Below, in pieces: positions 12,807 to 24,215 of a stretch of DNA of 64,000 nucleotides. The stretch is taken from contig JAHLTZ010000004.1 of the NCBI GenBank assembly GCA_025786725.1, forward strand, positions 186,001 to 250,000. The letters are read 5' to 3'. The DNA comes from Syncephalis fuscata S228 (Eukaryota; Fungi; Zoopagomycota). The position numbers and the translations under genes are program-made. The notes below the pieces were generated by a model, which saw only the letters and a program-made list of their open reading frames with translations, did not search any database and was not told the origin of the DNA. Numbering within the stretch: position 1 is the stretch's first letter; each line of letters opens with the position of its first letter.

Positions 12807-13856
12807 CTACAACCGGCGTCGTTGTCTTACTACACGTCCCATCGCTTCACTGTAGATATGTGCATGTTCGGGATCTTCCATTAAACGCATATTAATCATC
12901 ATTTGTTTAATTCGATGATGCAACTTGACCAACAGTGTCTGTGTTGAAGCATCTTCTTCATCAATATTTTGTAATGGTGCAAACGATTCGCGTAAAGCAT
13001 CGGCCGATTGTCGTGCTAGTATTGCTGTGAACGCATTGGCACGTAACAGCTGATCCTTTAAAGACAACTCATCCGACATACTCTTAATCCATATTGGGCC
13101 TACTTGACTGACTGCAATGAAGAAATTAATATAAACTTGGTGCAGAATAGTAATTTGTTCGTGTGGCGTATATCTGGGCAGCATATTGCCGAACATCCAA
13201 AGCAGCCATGACTCTGGCCATAGCGTTAAACTGGCTTCAGTAAGAAACATGCCACAAAGAGCGAGCCAGCGCCAGTAACTGCCAAAACCAGCTTTACCAA
13301 ACAGTGCAAATAATCCTATAGTAGTCACGGTGCCAATATAGTAACCTAGCATATTTGGTACGGCATTCTTTCGATACTCCTCAACTGTGCGACATCTTGG
13401 ACATTGGTTCTGTTCCATACCAAAACGGTCATAGACATATCGACGCACCGGATCATTAAGTGTTTCATAGGCCTCGCGAATCCTAATAAACTGGTCTTCG
13501 TTGCCATCATTTTTATCGGGATGTGCTTGGAGTGAAAGCTTTTTAAAGTTGAGTTTCAATGCCCTTGAATTGAACTTTGACGGTGTTAAATTAAGTTGCG
13601 TATAATGGTTCGTTGGAAGTTGCTGACACGCCTCTAATACTGTGTACGCCAGATAACTGAGCACTACAATAGTATAGATGCGTCGATTGTGGCGATTGTA
13701 TTTCGCATCTCCTGGGGCGGGCTGAGAGCGTGAATCTACTGGATAAACTATCCGGTAATAGATCGACTGTATGATTTTAGTGACGAATCCCGGCACAAAG
13801 GTCCATAATAGCATGTAGACATACATGGAGGAGCTACCGCTCTCTGAAGAGCCCAT
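12807..13856 (-). CDS. Membrane-associated J-domain (DnaJ) protein, intronless
   Basis: NHYTQLNL...FKKLSLQAHPDKN...FIRIREAYETLNDPVRRYVYDRFG J-domain with HPD motif, flanked by hydrophobic segments. Confidence 0.9.
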   Translation of the reverse strand: MGSSESGSSSMYVYMLLWTFVPGFVTKIIQSIYYRIVYPVDSRSQPAPGDAKYNRHNRRIYTIVVLSYLAYTVLEACQQLPTNHYTQLNLTPSKFNSRALKLNFKKLSLQAHPDKNDGNEDQFIRIREAYETLNDPVRRYVYDRFGMEQNQCPRCRTVEEYRKNAVPNMLGYYIGTVTTIGLFALFGKAGFGSYWRWLALCGMFLTEASLTLWPESWLLWMFGNMLPRYTPHEQITILHQVYINFFIAVSQVGPIWIKSMSDELSLKDQLLRANAFTAILARQSADALRESFAPLQNIDEEDASTQTLLVKLHHRIKQMMINMRLMEDPEHAHIYSEAMGRVVRQRRRL

Positions 13857-15274
13857 ACTAGCAACGCTGTTCTTTGTTTAGTTAACGAGCAAGACAGAGA
13901 AAGTAGGAAAGAAAGCGGGATAGAGAGAAGGGAAGAAAAGTATAGGCGATTCAGGTAATACAACACTGCTATAGGAGGTAATACTTTGAGAACATTATCA
14001 GTACAACTTAAAGTTCCTGTTGACGACTCTAATATAGTCAGTACTTTTATAATGCAGTTTAATATTTTTATTAAATTTTTAGCTTGTGTGAAACTATAAA
14101 ATATTATAATTAAAGCTTAATAGTACGATATAAAGAATTGTAGTGTAGTGTAATAATGTTTAAAATAATAAATGACTAGAATACAATATTGCGACAACAC
14201 TCGCTTAAATGTCACAATAGTCGTACTAATACACTGGCCTATAAAAGTCATGGCATATGTAACAAAAATACCAGGAGGATAGTCACAAAATATATGGAGT
14301 TATATCAATTGCATGTATGCATAGCTATTTAACTTTGGGTTCAGCGAGCTTTATTACTATGCTTTGACTTGAATATAAGAATGCCATGTATATTTAGTTT
14401 ACAGTTATATCTCCAGTACAAGTAGGGACTGATACAAAATAGCATTGAGTCGAGCGCGCAATTTACACTGAGGCATCCTTCCGACAATGATCATACAAGA
14501 ACATAGCAGTAATCCAGCTTAAAATAAGCTGTCTATCCTTGCAGCTAAATCACAATGCCGAACATAAATGAATATACGAACCAATCAGTATACTTTTATG
14601 CTTTGAAGAACTGCAGCTAGCATATACGTAACAGAAGATAATTGTAAGAAAGTACGGTTTAGTGCATTAAAACTGATGCCGCATTGATATCATGCATTGT
14701 TTGTAAAAAAGATGTTTATTTACCAACTATCAATAAATGTAACCATCTGTAAAATAGAGGAAATAAATATTTTGTCTCAATTGACCAGCTTCATTTTCTT
14801 GCAGAAAAATCTATTGGTTTCTTTCTAAGATAGCACGACTATTTGCTTACCATGCACTGTTTGGAGTGCATAAAGATATTGGGATACATTTGCCGAAAAA
14901 TAGCAGCAAATGCACAGTGATGCATCGTCACTGTTTTTATAGAACCAATAAATTCAGTTTACACTGCATAGCTGAATTATGTAGCTGCAAAACAAAATTG
15001 ATAGGTGTATTTCTATTGCACCATAGATATATTGGTATACGCATGCTTTAAGCTATCATGTGGCTGTGTTCTATTGGTTACATTATGTTCTAATGGTACG
15101 ATTTATACAATAAATTTACTTGATGCCTCACCATAATTACAGATTTAAATAGTTCGCATAATATACACATCTAGCTAACAGTGTCACCATTAAACCTCGC
15201 TTTCTGCCAAATACCCACTATTACCTACTTTATACCAATCCACTCTATTGTTTATTTAGCAAATCGATAATAAC

Positions 15275-16978
15275 ATGAAGCTTTTTATTGCCGTTCTCTG
15301 CGCCATTGCCGCGACTCTTGTGATTAGTACAGCTATAGTGGATGCTAAACCAACTTCATTAGGCCATGGTATGTTGCAATTACAATAAACATCCAATAGT
15401 GTTATGTTTACTAAATCTGTGTCTAATTGATGATGATACTAGGTGGTAAGTCCTTATTATAGGCTATTGTGTTTGCACTTACTGTATGTTGTTATACACA
15501 TTATAAACATTATAAACACATTTGAACAGTCGGTAAGTGTTGGACATACATTTTTAATAAATTACTAATTAATGAATAACTGCTAATGTAAAACGGATAA
15601 ACCAGTACCATTGGCTAAGAGTAAGTTTAATATAAAACAATAAATAAAGCACTTGTTCATAACACTAATATAATAAATTTATATTAATAGGAGGTAAACC
15701 ACAATAGAAATTGCCAGTTATTTAACTAATTAAGTATTGTTTATACTACCAAACTAACTTTACTAGCTCGTAAGTAGCATTAAATATTAAATATATATCA
15801 TACATCATATATGTCTAATAACTTGTATCAATAGCCCGTAAGTGGCATTGAATAGCACATGACTATATCTAAACATATATCATGCATATTGCGTATTTAA
15901 TAACTTGTATTAATAGAGAGTAAGTGGCATCGAATAGTGCATATTTATATACTAAACATATATCATGCATATCATGTATTTAATAATTTGTATTAATAGT
16001 TCGTAAGTGACATTGAGTAGTGCATACTTATATAATAAACATATACCATACATGTCTAATAACTTGTGACATAGCTGGTAAGTAGCATTAGATAGTACAT
16101 GATTATATACTAAATATGTACCATATATTTATATGTCTAATAACTTGCATTAATAGCTCGTAAGTAGCATTAAATAATTACAATTACACACTAAATATAT
16201 ACCATATATCATACATGTCTAATAACTTGTGACATAGCTAGTAAGTAGCATTAAATAATTATAATTACATACTAAACATATACCGTATATTATACATATC
16301 TAATAATTTGTATTGATAGCTCGTAAGTGGCATTGGATGCTAATGAACAATATACTAAACATATACCATATACCATATATGTTTAATAATTTGTGGCATA
16401 GCTCGTAAGTAGCATTGAATAGTGCATAATTATATACTAAACATATACCATATACCATATATGCCTAATAACTTGTATTGATAGGACGTAAGTGGCATTG
16501 GATGCTAATGAACAATATACTAAACATATACCATATACCATATATGTTTAATAACTTGTATCAATAGCTTGTAAGTAGCATTGGATAGTTATGATTATAT
16601 ACTAAACATATACCATATACCATATATGTTTAATAACTTGTATCAATAGCTTGTAAGTAGCATCAGATAGCCATAATTATATACTAAACATATACCATGC
16701 ATTGCGCGCGTCTAATAACTTGTATTGATAGGGCGTAAGTGGCATTGTATAGCCATAATTATATACTAAACATATACCATGTACTGTGCGCGTCTAATAA
16801 CTTGTATTAATAGCTCGTAAGTGGCATTGAATATTAATGAGCTATATATTAAAAATATGTCATGCATATTATCTGTCTACTAACTTGCATTAATAGCTTG
16901 TAAGTGGCATTATATACTGCTCAACTATTACTAAAAATATACTATAAACTGTGTGTTTAATAACTTGTATTAACAGAA
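15275..16978 (+). CDS. Micro-exon secreted peptide precursor, type A copy 1 (54 aa: MKLFIAVLCAIAATLVISTAIVDAKPTSLGHGVVPLAKR-APQIPAPTPRPSWPP*)
   Basis: Exon 1 15275-15368; 3-nt exons at 15443 and 15530; 15-nt exon 15606-15620; then 17 consecutive 3-nt exons at 15691, 15767, 15835, 15917, 16000, 16075, 16157, 16238, 16320, 16402, 16485, 16568, 16650, 16732, 16814, 16897, 16977, each flanked by YAG and GTAAGT/GTAAAC. Spliced frame is open, gives signal peptide + KR, and ends in TAA. Confidence 0.85.
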
Positions 16979-17050
16979 GGTAAGTGGCAACATATAATGT
17001 TAGATTGTGCATTAATTCTATGGCATATCTTACATTATTTATAACCATAG
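15770..17050 (+). repeat. Tandem ~82-bp repeat array in which each unit is one intron plus one 3-nt exon
   Basis: Consensus GTAAGTRGCATT...TATACTAAACATATACCAT...YTAATAACTTGTATYRATAG-NNN; introns of 65-80 nt. Confidence 0.95.
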
Positions 17051-18946
17051 AGTAACCGATGCTTTCAAGGCATCAGCATTGGTAGTATGGTTGAGCTGCT
17101 AGCTTCATACACTTTAGGTATATATTCGGCAAGAAACAAGCCCATTCAACAACTGCCGTTTAGTTCATTTATATATCAAGTTCTAACCAATGCTCCGGTT
17201 TATTGGCCTTTCAATCAATGGCATCATTATATTACCAACAAGTCTGCAATGAGTTGTGCCTATTCAACTGTGCAAACCTTTAGTAATAAACACATGATTT
17301 CATTTTAATTATATTTGATCAAGCTGTTGTTAGATCATATTTTATTTGCATTTAAGAATTAGCAAACAATAGCCGAGTACACAGATTAGCAGTACAATTT
17401 TACAATTTGCAAAGTTGCTTTTGTACGCTAATTATAATAATAATTTATTAATATGTAAAAAAATAATTAATTATAACCAATAACCAGTGCATTGTTGAAC
17501 AACTAACTGTCAGTGCTGGTAACTAAAGAATAATAGCGTTCGACCAAACTGCAAGTAACAAAGGCAACATTATTTATTGTTTTTAAAAGCTACTTTAGAT
17601 AATCACACTCGTTACAAAATTATAGTCTGTGAAAACTGACAGCTTATATAAAATTGAGATTTAGAAAAAGTAAAAATATTTCTAATATTGCTCATGTATA
17701 TAGCTAGTATGTAGGAACATCTAATTATCATAAGAATCAATTAATTTAAGATAGCTCAATTTTTCCAGATATTATCATTGATGTTTGTTTGCCCCATACC
17801 AGTTTATATCAAGGATTGGTGTCTATCATTTTTAGCTGAGTATGTTGATTAACTGATAACTGGCACATCTGCTTTTAAATTGACCTGCCATCAAATTACG
17901 ATTGACCTGTCGATATTGATAGTAAGCATAGAACAATTGAATAATATCAAAGCTATGAATATATGATAAATAATAATTGCCACAAAATTAATTAACCAAT
18001 TGATGTTGTAAGTAATAATAAAGCCTATGAGGTTGCCGCAAGAGTAATAGCATAAACACGTTGCTTTTATAGTATTAAAATATATAGTAATATAGGCACT
18101 GTGAATGAGCAAGTGAAAGTTAGCAAACAACGATTGTAAAGTTATAGTGTGTATAAAAGTGAAATGAGTAAAATAAATCAAAACTTATAACAAAGTTTGC
18201 AGTTAACAAATATCTTTATTATTATGTGCGAGATTAGCCGACAATATGATGATATATATTAGTATGTGTATACAATGGGGATGATATGACTAGATAGAAT
18301 ATATATATGTGTGCGTCCAGAATAATAATGTTATTTAACTTAAATAAATAAATATAGAACACCATTCTAATGAATTTATTGAATTAATTTATATTGATTA
18401 ATGTTTAACAAATGAGTTTTGTAATAAATTTAATGTGTGTTTTGGCAGCCATTACATTGTAATTCCATATTGTGCTACAAGTCAAAAGAAATGCTTTATT
18501 GACTTTGGAATGTAAAAACAACTACTCATCTTAAGCTATTGTGCTTCGACTCTTACATTCTCACTTATTTATTTCACCCCTCTTAGCACTTTTAAATACA
18601 ATTAAACACGCACTCATCACTATAACATGTATAATATTGCATCAAACATTAATTAATTTGTGTGTAACTATTAATACAATAATGTAATTAAATATGCACA
18701 TTACGGTAATAGCTGAAGCTAAAATAACATTCAATAAAATAAAAGGCTTTTTAAACTGAATTGTTAAATATCTTTGTTGAAATGGTCTACAAGTATAAAA
18801 TAATAAAATAATTGCAATTATTGAATATAATTATTACGATATGCAAATGTGGTTCAAGTAAACAGAAACAAAATAAAAAAGAAATAGATCACATAACAAT
18901 TTGGTGTGCAGTATGACAAACAGGCAACAGAAGTAATGAGTAACGA

Positions 18947-19320
18947 TATGAAATCAATCATATGGCTTTTATTAATATTCGATCAATCTTTTTACACATA
19001 GCCAACAACAATAATAATTAACCTCAAGTGTTTCAAATAAATTAAATAGTATGTTACATTATACATTTAAATCAGTTTATTAACAATATTTTAATAGAAA
19101 GTAATATAACTATGTTGTGCATCATATTGGCATAACTTCGATTGGAACGAATTGTGCTTTGGGAACAGATGTGGGAGCAAAGTAAAATGCAACCATAATC
19201 TTTCAAATAAATAGTGTAACATATCATTTGATTTTCTTGAAACATTTAAGACCAATCATTGTTGGCTATGTGTATGAAGATTAATTGAATATTAATAGAA
19301 GCCATATGATTGATTTTATA
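18947..19320. repeat. Imperfect inverted repeat, ~62-bp arms (18947-19008 / 19259-19320) with ~250-bp spacer; MITE-like
   Basis: aaatcaatcatatggcttttattaatattcgatcaatctttttacacatagccaacaa pairs with ttgttggctatgtgtatgaagattaattgaatattaatagaagccatatgattgatttt, with a few mismatches. Confidence 0.75.
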
Positions 19321-21629
19321 CCATTCCGCAGTCGTTGTTGTTGTTGTACTAATATATACATGCTATGTACCATTTCATTTTTAACTTTTAACTTTTAGTG
19401 CTTGTTAGTTGAGTTAAATAAACTTCATCATCATATAAAATATTGTGTGTCATTCAACATTATTATACAATCTAATTAAATTATTAATTAGAGTGTGATT
19501 TGGATACTAAGTGGCTACATTTAATAACATCCAATCTATTGAACATGATAGTGGGTGGTGCGTGATATCAATCATCAAATACTCATCAATGTAGATTTAT
19601 TATCCAGTATGCATATGTCCACCATTTACCTATATCACTCCCAATATGCCCCACACTACTATATATTATTCTATGATATACTAGACACATTCTGTTTATT
19701 ATATGTTCCAATATACTTCATTCAGTTTACTTATTGCATTATGTGCGTTATAGGTTCAACAGCGTTATTTATGCTTGTCTATCGTACATTTATTCTACTT
19801 TATATCATTATATTGTATAGTATCGACACGTTATTTAAACTGCTGTTTATTTAATACTAGCTTGGTTACTAATAAATTTAGATTATTACATTTATTTGCT
19901 CATGCATATATGTACCGTGCTATTATTTGATAAACAAATCAGTTAATGCGAATTGGCTATGACTTTGATGCTAGTAGAGTAATTAATGGATATCCATAGT
20001 AACAACAAGTTCAAACGAAATAAAAACGCGATGAATTGATGAGTATGCAAATAGAGAAGAAAGCTAGAAATAAAACAGCGTAAACAGTAATAACATAGTA
20101 TGTAATAATGATATATGCGTATTAATAATAAATATATACCAATAAACAAATGCTTGCACAAATGCTTATTTCCCTCACTCCGTTATATGCACTATAACTT
20201 CAACACCAATTATCATACTTTTTTATTATACATTTATTTTATTCTATATTATTTTATACTTGTCTAGCCTTTCTCTATTCAATACTATTTTTATTTTTGT
20301 TCTAGCTTTATTATTAGCAAATGTCGACTAATTCCGCTCATTGATTATGCATATGTGCTCAATAACTTTAACATTGCTAATCTCGTTCAATATTGCGTAT
20401 TCATTATAGTGTTATTATTTTATTATATATTGGCTATACGCTGTCTATATCCGTTGTCGGTATGGCTCCAACTCTTTTATTAATAAAATTGACATATCAC
20501 ACTTGATTTGCTTACTGAATTATATTGGCATAACAAATAATATGAATATGAACGGAGTTATGTTTTATTAAGATTATTTATAAATAAATTAAATCATGTC
20601 AATTAGTTATGATCTTAATGTTAATCAAGCAAAATAACGGATATAAATAGTAATAACACATAATGTGATAATATATGCATACTGAATAATGAATCTACAA
20701 TGGTGAGTATTTTGGACCCTGATGTGAATTACTTCTAGTTTCATGTTCCCTGGAATAAAGTTTAAAAGTGTAAATATTATTAAATGTAGTCATTTGATCA
20801 CCAAACAAACAATAAATGACTAGTAAATTGTTTAATGTACATAAAAGATTATTTTTATTTAATTAATAAATAATGTAATATATATAATCCATAAATCGAG
20901 TGGCATTGTATATAAAAATACTATGAACAAACTAAAATACAGATAAGGGAATTACTTAAGTGGTAGAATAAAATAAAGAATAAAAATCAATAGCATAAAA
21001 GCAAATATAATTATAGAACATGTCAACAGTAAAACAATAAGTGTAATAAGAAGAATAGATAGCAAACAATAAATACAAGTATATTCACAGAACAATGTCA
21101 CAGGTAAATAAGAAGGATGAATATCAATGCATAAACAAATGTTATTGTCAGAACATGATATTATAATTGACAGCTAAACTTGTAAGCATTAGATTTAGTA
21201 TATAAGCAACAGTGTTTATTGAATGTTAAATAAAATGTAAACATACCTATTCTAAACTGCGCATTTGTACATATCATTAAATAGTGATCCATCAAGAGAG
21301 AAAGAAAAAGAGTTAACAAAAAAGATTAGTACAAATAAGCATACCAACACACCACTTGAGTAAAATAAATGTTTAAAATAGCAGCTACTAATACAATGTT
21401 TTATTACATTTAATTTTATTTTATGAAAATGATAATGCTATTACATTTATTAATATTTATTATGAATGATGATTTAAACACAAATCAATCTAATCAACTT
21501 ATTATAATCGATTGCGTAAAATGATTTACTGCCCCGGTGGGTTAAAGTAGATATCAATTATTTACCTCTTTTTAATACAACTAATTATAGCTTTTTTATT
21601 CAATTGCTACACGTTGCTTTATTGGAATC

Positions 21630-23498
21630 ATGACTGCCAGCTACGCTGTAGAAGATCGGTTACGTAAACTGGAGAATGATCTTTGTTTGCTTCGTTACCC
21701 GTACACGCTGGACACGCACGGGTAAGATAACAATGAGAATGCAACCAATATCGGTTGACGGTTGTTGTGGTCTAGAGTTCGCGAGAGCAATATCCAAGCC
21801 TATTTGCCTGTACTTAGCTATTTACTGACCGAGTTTTCACATCCTATTACAACTTATTTGGAAAACTTACCGGAAAAGTCAAAAATAGAGCCGTGGACCA
21901 TTGTAATAGATCGAATTAACCATCGACGTGGAGGCGCAGCCTATATTGTAGATGCCATTTATCGACTATTACGAGAGGAGCTCGATGAGCCACACCCGCG
22001 TCTATCAGAGGCTCAACTATTTGACAATGCAACTTCTGCTGAATTAAAACTTGACTGGATCACTTATATTATGCGATTGTTTCGGCATTGGCACAACGAT
22101 CTTTTACTTGAAAAGAAAAGTAAATCAGTAAAGCCGCATCAAATTGATGATTATCAACACAATATATTATCACATCCAATCTCTGTAGCAAATTTAGAAA
22201 TGAATAATCATCCTACAGGCCGATTAGATCATGCACACACCAATACAAGGCTGAGCACCGATCAGCGTAGGCACGAAGACTTTACCGATTTTGACTATTT
22301 ATTGGATGGCCCGTCAGAGCTATCAACCGACAGAGAAAAGAAATATTACGGCGTTAATGGTATTGTTAGAGAAGGTGCAAGAATGAAAGGTCTGTCTAAA
22401 GCACCAGCCGATATCCACTTTAAAAATGAGCCTGCATTAAACGACGACGATTTTGATCAACTGGTTCAAACACAGCAAGAAATCCAAACGGTATTTTAAC
22501 AAATTAATTTATTATTATTGCTAATAATACAATTATTAGGAGATACGTGTACTTATTAGCAAGCTTTATAAGCTAGAAACACAGCTTACAACAGTGACAA
22601 GCCATTTAAGCCGGTATCAATTGTCTAAACAAGAGACAGCAAACTACAAAGAGGCCACTACGACTACGGCTACCACCACCGATCGTATTCGTTCTACTAC
22701 ACCTCAACTAACAAACTATCCACTGGAAAACTATCGCAATAATCCCAAAAATAATCTAATGAATAGCGAAAACCATGCATCATCACGTTATCGATCAAAT
22801 AGTCTAAATCAGCCGAATTTACAAGAACAAGCAAGTAAACAAAAACATGTAACATCAAGATTTTATCATATTCAAGAAAAAAAGGTAAATATTAATTTAA
22901 TATTAGTTAATTGTAAATCAAGTATTAATCTGCTGTAGACAAATCAATTTGCACTACCACCGGTTGAAGACTCTATTCATCCCATTGACGCAGTAAAAAC
23001 TTGGCGTCATGATACTTTTTCTAGAAATCACTGGGCTATTCCAGATGATGAGGTAATATGTAATATGACTTGTGATTTATTAAAACTGACTAATTGTATC
23101 TTTCTATAGACCATTCATTCGGATAACCAGCATCATAGACGCCGTCGTTTACCAGATGCCTATGAAGTGGCAAGTAATAGCTATATTACTTTAATTAACA
23201 CTATATTAATGAATATAGAATAATGTATAGGCAGCCCATAGAACACAAAATGATCCCATCACGTCGTCACCCATAACAAATAGAGTCGTATATCATCCAC
23301 CGGTAACTATTATAAACTAATTTTTATTAATAACTAACTTTTGAACTAAAGATGAATGCAACGCGAGTAGAGTCCAAGCGAGAAAGAACTGGCCATTCAA
23401 GCAAGAAAGAACGCTTTGAATCAGATGATTCAATTGATGCCATGCTTCATAACATGTCAGCACGTTTTCATCGGCCAGTTACAAAACATAAAGAATAA
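21630..23498 (+). CDS. CEP44-domain (centrosomal protein 44-like) protein
   Basis: Spliced N-terminus DRLRKLENDLCLLRYPYTLDTHG...YLPVLSYLLTEFSHPITTYL...IVDAIYRLLREEL...PRLSEAQLF...AELKLDWI matches the CEP44 N-terminal domain pattern (recognised by eye). Low-complexity multi-exon C-terminus ends at TAA 23496-23498. Confidence 0.75.
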
Positions 23499-23546
23499 AA
23501 ATACTATTAAAATACTAAACTTCACTTTTTAATCATTTCACTCATC

Positions 23547-24215
23547 ATGTCACTATTTACTCGTCAAACTACATCGCCTGCCCGTCCGGAATGTATACCG
23601 GAAGCGAGCCAGAATGACGAGCCGACAACCAATGAAGAGACTACACCAAAAGCACCTATTCCTGAAGATGTACTCAAGTATCTTGAAAGCCAAGCATATG
23701 TGATGGCACATCAGTTCCAATCACTTATAGCCGGTCTTCATGACCAATTACAAGATGTAGGTAAAGGAAGATAATAGAAGAGGCATAGTAGAAATAAAAG
23801 TAAAAGAAACAAGTGCGAGAAAAGCGATGAATAGTATATAACACTCGAGTCAATGTTGGCCAGTTGAGGAATGAGCCATTTGTTGACTATAAAGATTAAA
23901 ACCTATAAAATAAGGCTCATGTTTATTATTGGATTTTAGATGACGCAGCTGACACTCGATAATGTGCGAACACATGCATTCTCGGTCGAACGCTTCGACA
24001 CGCAGGTAAACGCAATGATCGAGAAAGCATCTGCCCTTATTGCTCAGTGCGACCACTTGGATCGAGAACTCGAGTCGATCTATGTTATAGCCGACCAATT
24101 GTGAGTGGCGTTTTTGCTATTTAGCTATTTAGAATAGATAATGGTGTCTAACAATAGCTGTAGAAAGGGCTTTCATCAGATGTTAGATGTACTCGAACAG
24201 CAGCTACGAGTCTAG
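23547..24215 (+). CDS. BLOC-one-related complex subunit 6 (BORCS6/lyspersin)-like
   Basis: Three exons: PEDVLKYLESQAYVMAHQFQSLIAGLHDQLQD|MTQLTLDNVRTHAFSVERFDTQVNAMIEKASALIAQCDHLDRELESIYVIADQL|KGFHQMLDVLEQQLRV*, matching the BORCS6 C-terminal coiled-coil pattern. Confidence 0.75.

Larger units (their letters stand above)
14535..17465 (+). repeat. ~2.9-kb dispersed cassette (upstream region + micro-exon gene A + 3' flank); near-identical inverted copies at ~48518-51452 and ~59287-62221
   Basis: The reverse complement of this interval reads almost base for base like the two later intervals. No TIRs, TSDs or transposase seen. Confidence 0.92.

Noticed and set aside
14866-15051. ORF ...IHLPKNSSKCT..., also at 50938-51147 and 61706-61915
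   Set aside because: Non-ATG starts, differing 5' ends, located in the upstream region of the cassette, no recognisable domain.
15770-17050. CRISPR-like array or plain minisatellite
   Set aside because: Eukaryotic context, no cas genes, and the variable part is only 3 nt between AG and GT. The units are introns following a signal-peptide exon.
17087-17308. 73-aa ORF MVELLASYTLG..., repeated at 48697-48900 and 59447-59668
   Set aside because: It lies in the 3' exon/UTR of the peptide gene, recurs only because the cassette is duplicated, and is broken by indels in the B and A2 copies.
14535-17465. Cassette as a transposon (TIR element, Helitron or LTR)
   Set aside because: No terminal repeats, target-site duplications, Helitron termini or transposase/RT coding sequence found.
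17700-21500. Several hydrophobic short ORFs suggesting decayed membrane-protein genes or more micro-exon genes
   Set aside because: Very AT-rich DNA yields I/L/F/Y-rich translations by chance. I found no coherent exon chain and no periodic AG-NNN-GTAAG pattern.
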